This document shows positions 10,238 to 20,695 of a stretch of 64,000 nt of DNA, piece after piece. The stretch is from an uncultured Spirochaetota bacterium. Its GTDB lineage: Bacteria; Spirochaetota; Brevinematia; Brevinematales; JAOACQ01. The notes under the pieces are model-generated. The model had not been told where the DNA came from. It was given only the letters and a program-made list of their open reading frames with translations, and searched no databases. The stretch covers positions 416,001 to 480,000 of the forward strand of contig CAVYGN010000002.1 of NCBI GenBank assembly GCA_963768055.1, read 5' to 3'. A program made the translations under genes and the position numbers. How positions within the stretch are numbered: the first letter of the stretch is position 1; every line of letters starts with the position of its first letter.

Positions 10238-11473
10238 TTAATTCTCATTTCTAAAAACCTCTACCGGCACAATTTTCCCTATAAGCACGACAGGGTATGC
10301 CATCGAGGCAAGCACCGCAGAAAGAACAAAAGTAAACGCGGTCCCAAGGGTTTCCGGGGTAACGTTTAAATAGAAGTTCCGGCCGGCGAGGGCGGATTTG
10401 ATAAAATTCAATTCGATCCCCCTGTACAACACCGCCTGAAGCGCGGCGAAAAAGCAGCAGGATATGACGAACGCCGCGGCCGAAAATATGACCATTTCGC
10501 TGACAAGCAGTATCTGGAGTTTAAAAGGCCTGAAACCCATCGCGAGCATCGCCGCAAATTCCTTTTTCCTTTCAAGGAACGACATGAGGTTGAGGTTGGT
10601 AACGGTTATAAGGAAAATTATTACAATGAAAACAACGATGGCGGATTCTATAAACCTGACAAAACTTATCACGCCCCCGACCCCTCCCCCTATAGACTCC
10701 TCCGAATTCATGAATTTGAGGCCGTATTTCACGGCCAGCTCTTTCAAACTTTCCCTGTACTTTCCATTGCCGTCCCAGATCACTACATCCGTATAATCAC
10801 CGTCACCCAGCCCTAGAATTTTTGCAAGAAAAGACATTTTTACAAGGGTCCAGTTATAATGGAAATAAGCATTGTCAAGGCTTCTATATAAATCAAATTT
10901 CCCGTTAATACTGAACTTATAGGAGACATTGCCCCCGTCGGCGGCCCTGAAAAAATAAACAAGGTTTGTCCCGACCGGCGGCTGATAATTCCAGGAGGGA
11001 TTCCAGAAAAAATCCATGCCGTTATCTGAGGCAGGTTCGAATGCGCCGTCATAAATCAATATATTGGAGAGGATCTTTTCCTCTTTTAAAAAATCTATCC
11101 CGAGGAATTTGTTGAAATCCCGAAACCCGAGCTTCTCATCATAATACTTTGCCCCGGTCCTTATCCTGCATGAATATTGAATTTTATTCCTGTCGAGAAA
11201 ATCAATAATTTCCTTATTGATAAATTTCAGGGGCGGGACAGGGTTAAAAAAACGGTAATCGTCGCCGATCCCCGTTATCGAAGTTATATAGTAATCTCCC
11301 AGGACCGTATCTGAGAGGTAATGCCTCCAGTTATCCCTGATATTCCATTCAAGCGAGGAAGCTATAAAAAACAGGGAACAGCCCGTCATGATCATAAGAA
11401 CAACGAGCAGATTCTTTGTCTTGTGGCGGAACAGGTTTCTTAACGATAGCCTGAACAGGGTCTTAATATCCAT
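10238..11473 (-). CDS. ABC transporter permease (LolE/FtsX-like)
   Basis: Start reassigned to MDIKTLFRLSLRNLFRHK; ERKKEFAAMLAMGF. Confidence 0.85.
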   Translation of the reverse strand: MDIKTLFRLSLRNLFRHKTKNLLVVLMIMTGCSLFFIASSLEWNIRDNWRHYLSDTVLGDYYITSITGIGDDYRFFNPVPPLKFINKEIIDFLDRNKIQYSCRIRTGAKYYDEKLGFRDFNKFLGIDFLKEEKILSNILIYDGAFEPASDNGMDFFWNPSWNYQPPVGTNLVYFFRAADGGNVSYKFSINGKFDLYRSLDNAYFHYNWTLVKMSFLAKILGLGDGDYTDVVIWDGNGKYRESLKELAVKYGLKFMNSEESIGGGVGGVISFVRFIESAIVVFIVIIFLITVTNLNLMSFLERKKEFAAMLAMGFRPFKLQILLVSEMVIFSAAAFVISCCFFAALQAVLYRGIELNFIKSALAGRNFYLNVTPETLGTAFTFVLSAVLASMAYPVVLIGKIVPVEVFRNEN

Positions 11474-11632
11474 CCGGCTTGCCCCTTTTAAAAAATTATG
11501 GCATGAGTTTAACTCGAAATTATCATAAAAACAATACCGATTTCTAGGTATTTTATCCCGTCCGGGAATTACAATACCATGATTATACCATGCTCCGGCC
11601 TGAAAACCATACCCCATTTGTATGAATTCACA

Positions 11633-12643
11633 CTACGGCAAAATAATCACTTCTTTTTCGGGCATTATGCCCTGGCTCTCGTATATCTTCTCGGTCAGGA
11701 AATTGATAAGATAGATGACATCCCCGGCTGTAGCCTTTTTTTTGTTGATGATCATATTGCCATGGTAAGGGGAGACCATGGCGCCGCCCTTTGACATCCC
11801 CTTTAAACCCAGCCTGTCGACAATAGTTCCGGTTGGGACCTCGAATGCCCGGTTATTCTTGAAAACAGAACCGCAGGAAGGGTAATCGAAATGCTTTTTG
11901 CTGTTCCTGTCCTTTTCGATCCTGTTAAAATAAGGAAAACAGCCTTTATCAGGGATATATTTTACTGCACTATGGAAAAACGACCGGAATTTTTTCAGGG
12001 ATGAGAATCCGCCTGAGCAGCTTTTTATCTTTTCGAATACCTTCCTGACGGGAACCATATTCTTCCACCTGGTTTCGGGGATCTCAATTTCCACACCCAA
12101 AATTATCCAATTTTTCGACTGAAAAATAGACCCCTTGTATTCGAAACAGCAGTCTCCGGGCGGCAGCTTCCCGATCCCGAAAGATTTTCCGGAGGCGTCA
12201 ATGTACGACACGGACGATAAAATCCGGGCCATTTCACTGTCGTAGCATCTGGCGTTCATATAAACTCCCGCGCCTATCGTACCGGGCAAAAGGTATGTAA
12301 ATGAAAGTCCGTCTCTTTCAACAGCGGCCCCGCAGATCGCCAGAAAAGACATGGGCACTCCCGCCGAAAGATAGAGCCTGTATCTTTCAGCCCTCATTTC
12401 AAGAAGGTTTTTCATAGTTATGTATAAGCGCCCCTTCTCCGGCCTGTCGGGGAAAATGATGTTCGCGCCAAGCCCGAATAAGCTGTAAGGCATGGAATAT
12501 TTTCCCGCATGATCAAGTAAAAAAAAGAGTTCATCCGTCGACGAGGGCGAGGCGAAATAATCGGCCGATCCCCCGATCCTGTATGAGGAATGTTCGGAAA
12601 GACTTACATCCCGCCTGGTCAGGCCTTCGAAAGACAATGACAT
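11633..12643 (-). CDS. murB: UDP-N-acetylmuramate dehydrogenase
   Basis: SYRIGGSA, PGTIGAGVYMNA, PSCGSVFKN, HGNMIIN. Confidence 0.9.
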   Translation of the reverse strand: MSLSFEGLTRRDVSLSEHSSYRIGGSADYFASPSSTDELFFLLDHAGKYSMPYSLFGLGANIIFPDRPEKGRLYITMKNLLEMRAERYRLYLSAGVPMSFLAICGAAVERDGLSFTYLLPGTIGAGVYMNARCYDSEMARILSSVSYIDASGKSFGIGKLPPGDCCFEYKGSIFQSKNWIILGVEIEIPETRWKNMVPVRKVFEKIKSCSGGFSSLKKFRSFFHSAVKYIPDKGCFPYFNRIEKDRNSKKHFDYPSCGSVFKNNRAFEVPTGTIVDRLGLKGMSKGGAMVSPYHGNMIINKKKATAGDVIYLINFLTEKIYESQGIMPEKEVIILP

Positions 12644-12800
12644 TTAAATTTCTCCCTTCTCTATATCATAGCATAATTTCGATCGCAAGTCTATGAGTTT
12701 TGTCTGGATCCGATACATCCCGGTTCGGGCATTTTGAATAATTTGTGTTTTAAGTCCGCCCCATATATAATTATGATCCGTTTTATTGGGAATAATATAT

Positions 12801-13733
12801 ATGAATGATAAAACCGGCCTCGCTCCGATCGCGCTCTTCGCTTATAACAGAAAGGAACACCTGGAAAAGACTGTCGATTCGCTTAAAAAGAACAAGAAGG
12901 CGACGGATTCTCAGCTTTTTATATTTTCCGACGGGCCTAAAAGCGGCGGGCCGGCCGAAGGCGTCGATGCAGTCAGAAAATACATAAGGGGCATAACAGG
13001 ATTTAAAACAATTACAGTTGTAAACAGGGATAAAAATATCGGGCTGGCCCGGTCGATCATTTCCGGGGTAACCGAGACCCTGTCGCATTACGGCAGGGTC
13101 ATCGTCCTGGAGGACGATCTCATAGTTTCGCCGTTTTTCCTCGATTATATGAACGAGGCTCTTGAAATCTACGAAACCGACCCTGAAGTAATATGCATAC
13201 ATGCTTATTCCTATCCTCTAAAGGGCCATGTGCCTGAAACTTACTTCATCCGGGGAGCCGATTGCTGGGGATGGGGGACATGGAAAAGGGGATGGGAGCT
13301 TTTTGAACCAGATGGAAAAAAGCTTCTCGGGGAATTATTATCCCGCAGGCTGGGCAGGGAATTCGATTTCAACGGCAGCTATCCCTATACCAGGATGCTC
13401 GAAGACCAGATCGGGGGAAGGAACGATTCCTGGGCGATAAGGTGGTACGCCTCGGCTTTCCTCGGCAATAAGCTGACCCTTTACCCCGGCAGGTCGCTTG
13501 TGGAGAACGCGGGCTTCGATAATACAGGAACGCATGGAGGCAAGACCTCCTCTTACGAAACTGAGCTTACTAATACACCGATCATACTTGAAAAGTTAAT
13601 ACCGGAAGAAAACAAGCAGGCTCGCAGGGCTATAACCTCTTATTTCCGTGAGACTAATCCCGGGCTCTTCGGTAAAATAAGGAGAAAAATGATTAGAATG
13701 ATCATTAAACCCGGGAAGGCCGACAATGTATAA
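12801..13733 (+). CDS. Glycosyltransferase (GT-A fold)
   Basis: APIALFAYNR, IVLEDDL, CWGWGTW. Confidence 0.85.
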   Translation: MNDKTGLAPIALFAYNRKEHLEKTVDSLKKNKKATDSQLFIFSDGPKSGGPAEGVDAVRKYIRGITGFKTITVVNRDKNIGLARSIISGVTETLSHYGRVIVLEDDLIVSPFFLDYMNEALEIYETDPEVICIHAYSYPLKGHVPETYFIRGADCWGWGTWKRGWELFEPDGKKLLGELLSRRLGREFDFNGSYPYTRMLEDQIGGRNDSWAIRWYASAFLGNKLTLYPGRSLVENAGFDNTGTHGGKTSSYETELTNTPIILEKLIPEENKQARRAITSYFRETNPGLFGKIRRKMIRMIIKPGKADNV

Positions 13734-14718
13734 TTTCTGCACCCTCTTCGACAGCCGTTACCTTGCGAAAGGTATAGCTATGATAGATTCTCTGGCGGAA
13801 TCAGGGATCGATTTCCGGCTTTATTTTTTCCCTTTCGACGATAAGGCGGAAAAAGTCATAAAAGAGCTTGATTACGATAGGGTCATCATAATACCTCTGC
13901 GTCTTTTTGAAGATAAAGACCTGTTAAAAATAAAGCAATCGAGGAGCGCCGCCGAATATTGCTGGACCTGCACCCCCTCGACAATACTTTACGTTTTAAA
14001 CAATTTTCAGGCCGGCGAGTGCACTTATATTGACGCGGATCTGTATTTTTACAGTTCTCCGGAGCGTATATTCGCTGAGATGAAAGATTCTTCGATACTC
14101 CTGACGGAGCACAGATATACAAGAGAATACGACCAGACAGAAATATCAGGAAGATTCTGCGTGCAGTTCACAACCTTTAAAAAAGATCCGTCCGGACTGA
14201 ACGCACTTATCTGGTGGAGAAACGCCTGCATCGATTGGTGCTACTCCAGGTTCGAGGACGGAAAATTCGGCGATCAGAAATACCTTGACGACTGGCCCGG
14301 CCGCTTTCCCGGGGTTCATGTCCTCGAGGAACCCGGCGGAGACTTGGCGCCATGGAATATTCAGCAATACATACTATTGCCTGATGGAAAGAGGATTACC
14401 GGCCGTGAAAGAACAAGCGGGAAAGAGTTCGCAGTTATTTTTTATCATTTTCATGATCTGAAATTTTTCCCGGGGAACCTGGCGGACCTTGGTTTTTACA
14501 GGTTTCCGCCGGGGGTTATCGATATTCTTTATAAACCGTATATCAGGAAGCTTTTTGAAGCCTGCAGGCTGGTAAAATCGATAGACAGTTCCATCGATCC
14601 GCTTGGGACCATTATAAAAAAACCGGGATGGAAAACCCCGTTCAGGCTTATCAGAAAACTAAAGAGATTATTAAAAGGGAATTATAATATTTTCAATGTA
14701 AATAAATTTGTTGAATAA
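13726..14718 (+). CDS. Glycosyltransferase
   Basis: FCTLFDSRYL, YIDADLYF, FGDQKYLDDWP, APWN. Confidence 0.8.
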   Translation: MYNFCTLFDSRYLAKGIAMIDSLAESGIDFRLYFFPFDDKAEKVIKELDYDRVIIIPLRLFEDKDLLKIKQSRSAAEYCWTCTPSTILYVLNNFQAGECTYIDADLYFYSSPERIFAEMKDSSILLTEHRYTREYDQTEISGRFCVQFTTFKKDPSGLNALIWWRNACIDWCYSRFEDGKFGDQKYLDDWPGRFPGVHVLEEPGGDLAPWNIQQYILLPDGKRITGRERTSGKEFAVIFYHFHDLKFFPGNLADLGFYRFPPGVIDILYKPYIRKLFEACRLVKSIDSSIDPLGTIIKKPGWKTPFRLIRKLKRLLKGNYNIFNVNKFVE

Positions 14719-14725
14719 TTTATTT

Positions 14726-14864
14726 AAGGGCACTTCCAATAACTGCCCCCCTTACGGGGACAAGTGGCCTGTCCTGGGGCCAGGCACCAGGGCACCATTA
14801 GGCGGAATTATTAGATTCATTATTACGATTGTTTTTCAAAAATCTAGTTTTTGGAACCGCCCTT
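14726..14864. mobile_element. MITE-like element, copy M3 (139 bp)
   Basis: Terminal IR AAGGGCACTTCCAATAAC / GTTTTTGGAACCGCCCTT (15/18); TTAA at both ends. Confidence 0.8.
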
Positions 14865-14935
14865 AACAAACCGGATCAACTTTTATATAAAATATAGGAA
14901 GAGCCGGATTGAAACCAGGATCATAGGAGTTCTTG

Positions 14936-15010
14936 ATGCTTAAAAAAATAAAATCTATTTTAAAGTTATTCATTCCTCCAATTTTATTTCAAATTTATAA
15001 TTTGTTTTAA
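14936..15010 (+). pseudogene. 24-aa ORF with RBS, probable 5' remnant of a glycan-locus gene
   Basis: AGGAG at 14925-14929; MLKKIKSILKLFIPPILFQIYNLF*. Confidence 0.4.
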
Positions 15011-15279
15011 GGGTAAAATTCAGTTTTATCCCGCTAATGACCGGTTAAATTCAATCAGCATTTTTAAAAAATTATGATTTGCTTACCGATTTTGATAATA
15101 ATGATGATATCGGCGAGGGCATCTATTTTAAAGGTTTCATCTTTAAAAGGAAAAGCAAATGAGATCCAAAATCAAGGGGTAAAAAAAGCCCTGCCGCTCT
15201 AGTTCCGGCTCAGGCCCGGGATTGATTTATGTTTATTTTAAATATATAATAGGTATTGTTAATTATTTCGGGGTGTCCA

Positions 15280-16557
15280 ATGACAAATAAAATTATCCGC
15301 TTGGCGGGTAATGATGGCCGGGACCTGCGGATGGCGCTAAAATTCTGCCTGGCGCTGGCGATAGCGATAATGACAGGACCTCTTTACGCAAAATGGGATA
15401 ATCTGGATAAAATACATGTCGCGGTTTTAAATTTAAATTCCCGGCTGACTAATGAGGGCATCGATCCCGAAACTATAATGGAAACATTGGAATCAAGGCT
15501 GGTTGAAATAGGCGAGTTTAAGCTTGTCGAAAGATCGGTATTAAAAAAAATACTCGAAGAGCAAAAACTTGAGCTTTCCGGGTTAACAGAGAACGAAGCG
15601 ACAAAAATAGGAAAATTATCGCAGGCCGATAAAGTTATTACCGGTTCTCTCTCGAAGTCCGGAGGCCGGTACGTCCTTTTAATCAAAAGCGTCGATGTCG
15701 CTTCGGGAGAAATCGATATATCCGATCAGATATCGTCTTTTACGTCAAAAGGACTGATCTCGGCCATTCCGGAAGCGGCGGAAAGGCTCCTGGCCAGGGC
15801 TAAAGGGGAGAAAGTCGGCCCTTATGAACCTAAAGACCTGCCGGAGTCCTCCTCTTCGTCAATACCGGCGAAAGTTCTTCCCGACATTAAAACAACCTCC
15901 GATCCTTCAATATTAGGTTATTATGCATTCAATGGAACGGCAAAAGATTATGGCCCTCTGAAGAACGACGGTATAGTTATAGGTCCCCGATTGGGCGTTA
16001 ACCGTTTTAATCAATCAAATTCCTCGTATTATTTCGGTACAAATATTAATTATATTACTTCGCCGTTTTGCTTCAGCAACCTGAGCTCCCTGACTCTGAG
16101 TCTCTGGTTTAAGACAGACACTTTTACCGGCGGAAGAATAGCCGGCTTCGGGGATGAAAAGAAAGGAATGTCCTATCTGAGGGATAAGATGATCTATATG
16201 AACGACGACGGGCAGATATTTGCCGGAATGAGAAACTTCGAGACAGATCAATTGATCATATATACCGAACAGACTTATAACGATAATAACTGGCATCTTG
16301 CAACCGCCATTTTTACTGAAAAGTCTATTAAGCTTTATCTGGATGATAAGTTGGCGGCCCGGAAGGGAGGCTCATACAAGTCATCCTTAGAAAGCGGGTA
16401 TTTTCGCTGCGGATATGATCATTTGGGCGGCTGGCCGTACCAATCTACAACATATAGTTTTAACGGTTATATCGATGAAGTCCGCATTTATAACCGGGAA
16501 TTGACGGAAGAGGAAATACTATCGATTTACCGGGAGAACGGCTGGGCAAAAGAATGA
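15280..16557 (+). CDS. Exported protein: CsgG/HfaB-like domain + LamG-like jellyroll
   Basis: LVERSVLKKILEEQKL, ADKVITGS; YYAFNG...FNGYIDEVRIYNREL; start uncertain (15280 or 15331). Confidence 0.8.
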   Translation: MTNKIIRLAGNDGRDLRMALKFCLALAIAIMTGPLYAKWDNLDKIHVAVLNLNSRLTNEGIDPETIMETLESRLVEIGEFKLVERSVLKKILEEQKLELSGLTENEATKIGKLSQADKVITGSLSKSGGRYVLLIKSVDVASGEIDISDQISSFTSKGLISAIPEAAERLLARAKGEKVGPYEPKDLPESSSSSIPAKVLPDIKTTSDPSILGYYAFNGTAKDYGPLKNDGIVIGPRLGVNRFNQSNSSYYFGTNINYITSPFCFSNLSSLTLSLWFKTDTFTGGRIAGFGDEKKGMSYLRDKMIYMNDDGQIFAGMRNFETDQLIIYTEQTYNDNNWHLATAIFTEKSIKLYLDDKLAARKGGSYKSSLESGYFRCGYDHLGGWPYQSTTYSFNGYIDEVRIYNRELTEEEILSIYRENGWAKE

Positions 16558-16654
16558 TGATCCAACGTGTCGATGGCCCCGGCTGTCCGTGTATATTACC
16601 CGGGATTGCAATTTGTCAAGCAGACATTTCCTTAACTTTATAAAGGATATTTAA

Positions 16655-17026
16655 ATGCCTGAAATTATCCTGCTTCCGACTTTCTCCGATTACAGGGGCA
16701 AACTGACCGTCCTTGAAAAGGTCCTTCCATTCGAAATAAAAAGAATATATTATATTTACGATGTGCCCAGTCCCTCGATAGACAGGGGAGGTCATTATCA
16801 CCGTAAAACACGCCAGGCCCTTATTTGCGTAAGCGGAAGCTGTATTATATCGACTAACGACGGGGGCAAAAAAACCGAATTTAAACTTGACAGCGCCGAT
16901 AAATGCCTTATTCTCGAGCCAAGCGACTGGCATACTATGCATCATTTCACCGAAGGCGCGGTTCTGCTTGTTCTCGCTTCGGAATATTTTGAAGCAGACG
17001 ATTACATCGACGAGGAGCATTCATGA
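16655..17026 (+). CDS. dTDP-6-deoxy-3,4-keto-hexulose isomerase (FdtA/QdtA cupin)
   Basis: [28 protein letters not shown]. Confidence 0.9.
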   Translation: MPEIILLPTFSDYRGKLTVLEKVLPFEIKRIYYIYDVPSPSIDRGGHYHRKTRQALICVSGSCIISTNDGGKKTEFKLDSADKCLILEPSDWHTMHHFTEGAVLLVLASEYFEADDYIDEEHS

Positions 17027-18108
17027 TCGAATATGAAAATCTGGGAAGGGTCAATTCCCCGTTTTTTGATGAATATAGAAAGAGTTTTTCGGATACGCTT
17101 GAAGGCGGATGGTATATACTGGGCAAAAACGTTGACAAATTTGAGCATGAATTCGCGGAGTACTGCGGGGCAAAGCACTGCGTCGGCGTCGCTTCGGGGC
17201 TTGACGCACTTTCCCTGTCCCTTAAAGCCCTGGGCCTCGCCCCGGGCGACGAAGTTATTGTGGCTTCGAACGCTTACATTGCCGCAATTCTTTCCATTCT
17301 TCATAACGGTCTTGTCCCGGTCCTTGTCGAACCTGATATCCGGACATATAATATCGATCCGGTTAAAATTGAAGAGAAAATTTCTCCTAAAACCAGGGTA
17401 ATAATGCCCGTCCATCTGTACGGAAAGATCTGCCCGATGATCCCGATCATGAAAATCGCGGAGAAGCACGACCTTAAAGTGATCGAAGACTGCGCCCAGG
17501 CACATGGCGCAGCTCTTGAAGGCCGCAAGGCGGGTTCTTTCGGTCACATCAACGCATTCAGCTTTTATCCCACGAAAAATTTAGGGGCCCTGGGCGACGC
17601 CGGCGCTGTCACTACCGACGATGAAAACCTTGCTTCCACAGTCCGGAAACTCCGTAATTACGGTTCGAGTGTAAGGTATTGCAACGAACTTGCAGGTTAT
17701 AATTCAAGGCTGGATGAAATTCAGGCCGGTTTTTTGAGTATTAAGCTGAAAAGCCTCGATGCGATCAATTCCCATAAAAGAAAACTGGCAGGGTTATATC
17801 TTGAGGGCTTGAAGAAAGATTTTATAATGCCCGCAGTATCCGAAGGATTTTACGACGTCTATCATATATTCAATATCCGGCATGAAGCCAGGGACAGTTT
17901 AAGGGAATATCTTAAAAAAAACGGGGTTTTGACCGACATACATTACCCCGTTTCACCCAACAGACAGCCTGCCATGAAGGGAATAATAGACCATGAGCCT
18001 TATCCGTTATCCGAAGAAATTCATGCCACGACCCTGAGCCTCCCGGTATCCTATTATCATGACGAAAGAGATATATCCAGGGTGATAGAAATCCTCAATA
18101 AATTTTAA
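17023..18108 (+). CDS. DegT/DnrJ aminotransferase (FdtB/QdtB-like)
   Basis: [33 protein letters not shown]. Confidence 0.9.
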   Translation: MIEYENLGRVNSPFFDEYRKSFSDTLEGGWYILGKNVDKFEHEFAEYCGAKHCVGVASGLDALSLSLKALGLAPGDEVIVASNAYIAAILSILHNGLVPVLVEPDIRTYNIDPVKIEEKISPKTRVIMPVHLYGKICPMIPIMKIAEKHDLKVIEDCAQAHGAALEGRKAGSFGHINAFSFYPTKNLGALGDAGAVTTDDENLASTVRKLRNYGSSVRYCNELAGYNSRLDEIQAGFLSIKLKSLDAINSHKRKLAGLYLEGLKKDFIMPAVSEGFYDVYHIFNIRHEARDSLREYLKKNGVLTDIHYPVSPNRQPAMKGIIDHEPYPLSEEIHATTLSLPVSYYHDERDISRVIEILNKF

Positions 18109-18121
18109 CCGGCTGGAAAAA

Positions 18122-18955
18122 ATGAAGCCGATACGTTTTTCCATCGTTACAGTGGTTTTTAACGCCGCGAAAACCCTCGAACAAACCATAAAAAGCGTAA
18201 TTTCACAGGAATTTGAAAACTACGAGTATATAATAATCGACGGCGGATCGACTGATGGGACTCTCGATATTATAAAAAAATATGAAAATAATATCGCCTT
18301 CTGGTCAAGTGAAAGCGACAAAGGCATTTATGACGCCATGAATAAAGGCGCCTCGGCGGCAACGGGCGAGTTTTTAAACATGCTTAACTCGGGCGATTCA
18401 TACGCCCACCCCGGGGTTCTTAAAACTTACGACAGGGTTTTAAGCGAACATCCTGATGCGGTCTGGGCTTACGGACTGGCCGCCGTACACAGGGAGGACG
18501 GCACTCCTTATGAAAGGGAGGGCCGTCAGGCGATATTCGGCGACGGCAGGAACGACCGGTTTTATATGAGCCACATCTGCCACCAGGCTGTCTTTTATAA
18601 AAAGTCCCTCCACGATGAATTCGGTCCCTACGATCTTTCTTTCCCGATATCTGCGGACCATCACTTCATGCTGAAAATCTACCATAACGGGCATTTTAAG
18701 CCGGCAGAGATCGGCGAGATAACAATACGCTTCAGGAAAGGCGGCGCAAGCGAAACCCCGGGCGTCATAGAGGACGAAAAAAGGGCCGAGGACGCTGTAA
18801 TTGGAAAATCCTTAAGGAACGAATTCTCGGCTGTAAAAAAAAGGCTTAAGCTTGCGTTAAAGAATTTTAAAGACAGGCATGGATGGGCGGCTTCACTTCT
18901 TAAATTTTTCCGGAGGCTAAAAATAGCCGTCAGGCCTCATAATAAAGGGTTCTGA
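18122..18955 (+). CDS. Glycosyltransferase family 2
   Basis: SIVTVVFN, IDGGSTDGT, DKGIYDAMNKG. Confidence 0.9.
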   Translation: MKPIRFSIVTVVFNAAKTLEQTIKSVISQEFENYEYIIIDGGSTDGTLDIIKKYENNIAFWSSESDKGIYDAMNKGASAATGEFLNMLNSGDSYAHPGVLKTYDRVLSEHPDAVWAYGLAAVHREDGTPYEREGRQAIFGDGRNDRFYMSHICHQAVFYKKSLHDEFGPYDLSFPISADHHFMLKIYHNGHFKPAEIGEITIRFRKGGASETPGVIEDEKRAEDAVIGKSLRNEFSAVKKRLKLALKNFKDRHGWAASLLKFFRRLKIAVRPHNKGF

Positions 18956-20425
18956 TTTATCTCTATAACAGCTGAAATCCGAGGGATCGAGCTTATCGAA
19001 AAATGGCTGATAAATATTGCCCCTGTAAATAAATTCAAAGGGTTTCATCCTCATAATTTCACTGGGCAAAAGGACAGGCTTCTTCTGTTTATACCTCGTC
19101 CTCGACATAGCTCCTCCCGGCCCTGAAGTCCGGCTCTCTTCAATTGCTTCCTCTTCTCCGATAAGCCTGGATATGGTTTCGGCGGTCGTATTGTCGGCTA
19201 CCGAAAAATAGACATGGGTCGTGCAGGCGTTGATAATAGATTTTCTCCTGTGTTCCCCGTATAAATAATCGAGCTGAGAAAAATCCTGGACCGCTAGCCA
19301 GGCTGACGCCCCTTTTGAACGGCCGAAGGACAAAAGATTGACAAGGGTCGGAAGCTCGTGAAGAGTCCCCATCTCGTCTATAAGGAGGAAAATCCTCCTG
19401 TCAGGGTCTTCGGGAAACGCGAGTATTCCCCCGCTGATAATGTCGATAAAAAGAGTGAGCATAGGTCTTAGAATGTCCTGCAGGTCGGATTTATTTACAA
19501 CAAAAATAGTATTGTCCTTCCCGTCAGATAGCCAATCCGTTATTGAAAACCCTGCCTCTCCAGTATAAGCCATGTACTTGAAGAATTTTGTGAATTGGGT
19601 CAATGTGGCCATAATCCCGCCTGCCTGTGGGCTGTCCGGGGGAGATAAAAAATTTGCAGCGTTCGAGGAGATTTTATGGATATTTATTCTCGAACCGATT
19701 TCCGCCGGGCCAAGGGAGAGCATCTCGTTAAGCGCCCCGATCGACCCCTTGTTTTCAAGGCGCAGGCAATTAAGCATCGCGGCGAACACTTCGCGGGCGC
19801 CGTCCCTCCAGAATTTTTCATTGTTGCCCGTTTTTCCATGATTGTCCGGTATTACGGAAGCCGCTATGCGTTCCGCCATTACCACCCGGGCCGTCTCATT
19901 TCCCCTGAATTCGCTGTATATATCCCATTTTACGCTTCTTACGTCCAGGGGATTGAAGATGAGATCGTCCTTTTCATTGTAAAACTTTGAGACATAATCC
20001 CCCTTGAAATCATAAACGATCTTTTTGCAAGGCTTACCCCTGCAGGCCATGCTCTCCTTTTTAAGGCCACTCAGGATTTTATAAAAAGAAAGGGTCTTTC
20101 CTACCCCGGGCTTGCCTGTAAAGAAGAACCCCTTGGTCTCCTCTGAAACCGGTATAGGAATACCGCTTAATTCAAGAATTACGCCGCTTTTAAAATTTTT
20201 ATCTATGAATTTGATATATGAATTTTTGTCTCCAATCGCGGCCCCTTTCAGATGCCTGCTTTTCAAACGTCTTCCTGCACGGACTGCCGGAATAATACTT
20301 ATTAAGAGTATGGTCAGGAAAATGCCGGCGAAAACCAGCGCCATGACAAATAAATCACGCTGCACCGGGTTATAGCCCTGGAAGGGGCCGGAAATATTGC
20401 CCATGAAAATCGATGATAATCCCAT
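18917..20425 (-). CDS. Type IV coupling protein (TrwB/TraD-like ATPase)
   Basis: N-terminal TM; Walker A GKPGVGKT; YDFKGDY; FNPLDVRS; FWRDGAR; Walker B LIDE; GRSKG; QDFSQL; ATG 20425 with AAGGA RBS. Confidence 0.9.
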   Translation of the reverse strand: MGLSSIFMGNISGPFQGYNPVQRDLFVMALVFAGIFLTILLISIIPAVRAGRRLKSRHLKGAAIGDKNSYIKFIDKNFKSGVILELSGIPIPVSEETKGFFFTGKPGVGKTLSFYKILSGLKKESMACRGKPCKKIVYDFKGDYVSKFYNEKDDLIFNPLDVRSVKWDIYSEFRGNETARVVMAERIAASVIPDNHGKTGNNEKFWRDGAREVFAAMLNCLRLENKGSIGALNEMLSLGPAEIGSRINIHKISSNAANFLSPPDSPQAGGIMATLTQFTKFFKYMAYTGEAGFSITDWLSDGKDNTIFVVNKSDLQDILRPMLTLFIDIISGGILAFPEDPDRRIFLLIDEMGTLHELPTLVNLLSFGRSKGASAWLAVQDFSQLDYLYGEHRRKSIINACTTHVYFSVADNTTAETISRLIGEEEAIEESRTSGPGGAMSRTRYKQKKPVLLPSEIMRMKPFEFIYRGNIYQPFFDKLDPSDFSCYRDKSEPFIMRPDGYF

Positions 20426-20452
20426 ATGCAAATCCTTAAAAAAACTGACAAT

Positions 20453-20481
20453 ATTTTAATAATTCAAAACTATAATATCAA
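20453..20481 (-). promoter_or_regulatory. sigma70-type promoter of the coupling-protein gene
   Basis: TTGATA-N17-TAAAAT on the minus strand. Confidence 0.55.
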
Positions 20482-20695
20482 GAAACAAACGTCGAGCATT
20501 ACCGCAGAGAAACAAAGGGCTTATCCCTGAGCCTGCGAATGGACACAGAGGAAGAGTCCGCAAAGAAAGCAAAGGCCACTGAGATTCAAATTTCTTTATA
20601 TCAATTCAATTTTGACAATTATCACATCGTCCAATAGAATATTTTTTATTATTGTTTGTTATTTCAAATTCTTTAATAAAATATTGGACGGTGTT

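Noticed and set aside
11474..11617. N-terminal extension of the permease
   Set aside because: Homology starts at MDIKTLF; the extension looks intergenic
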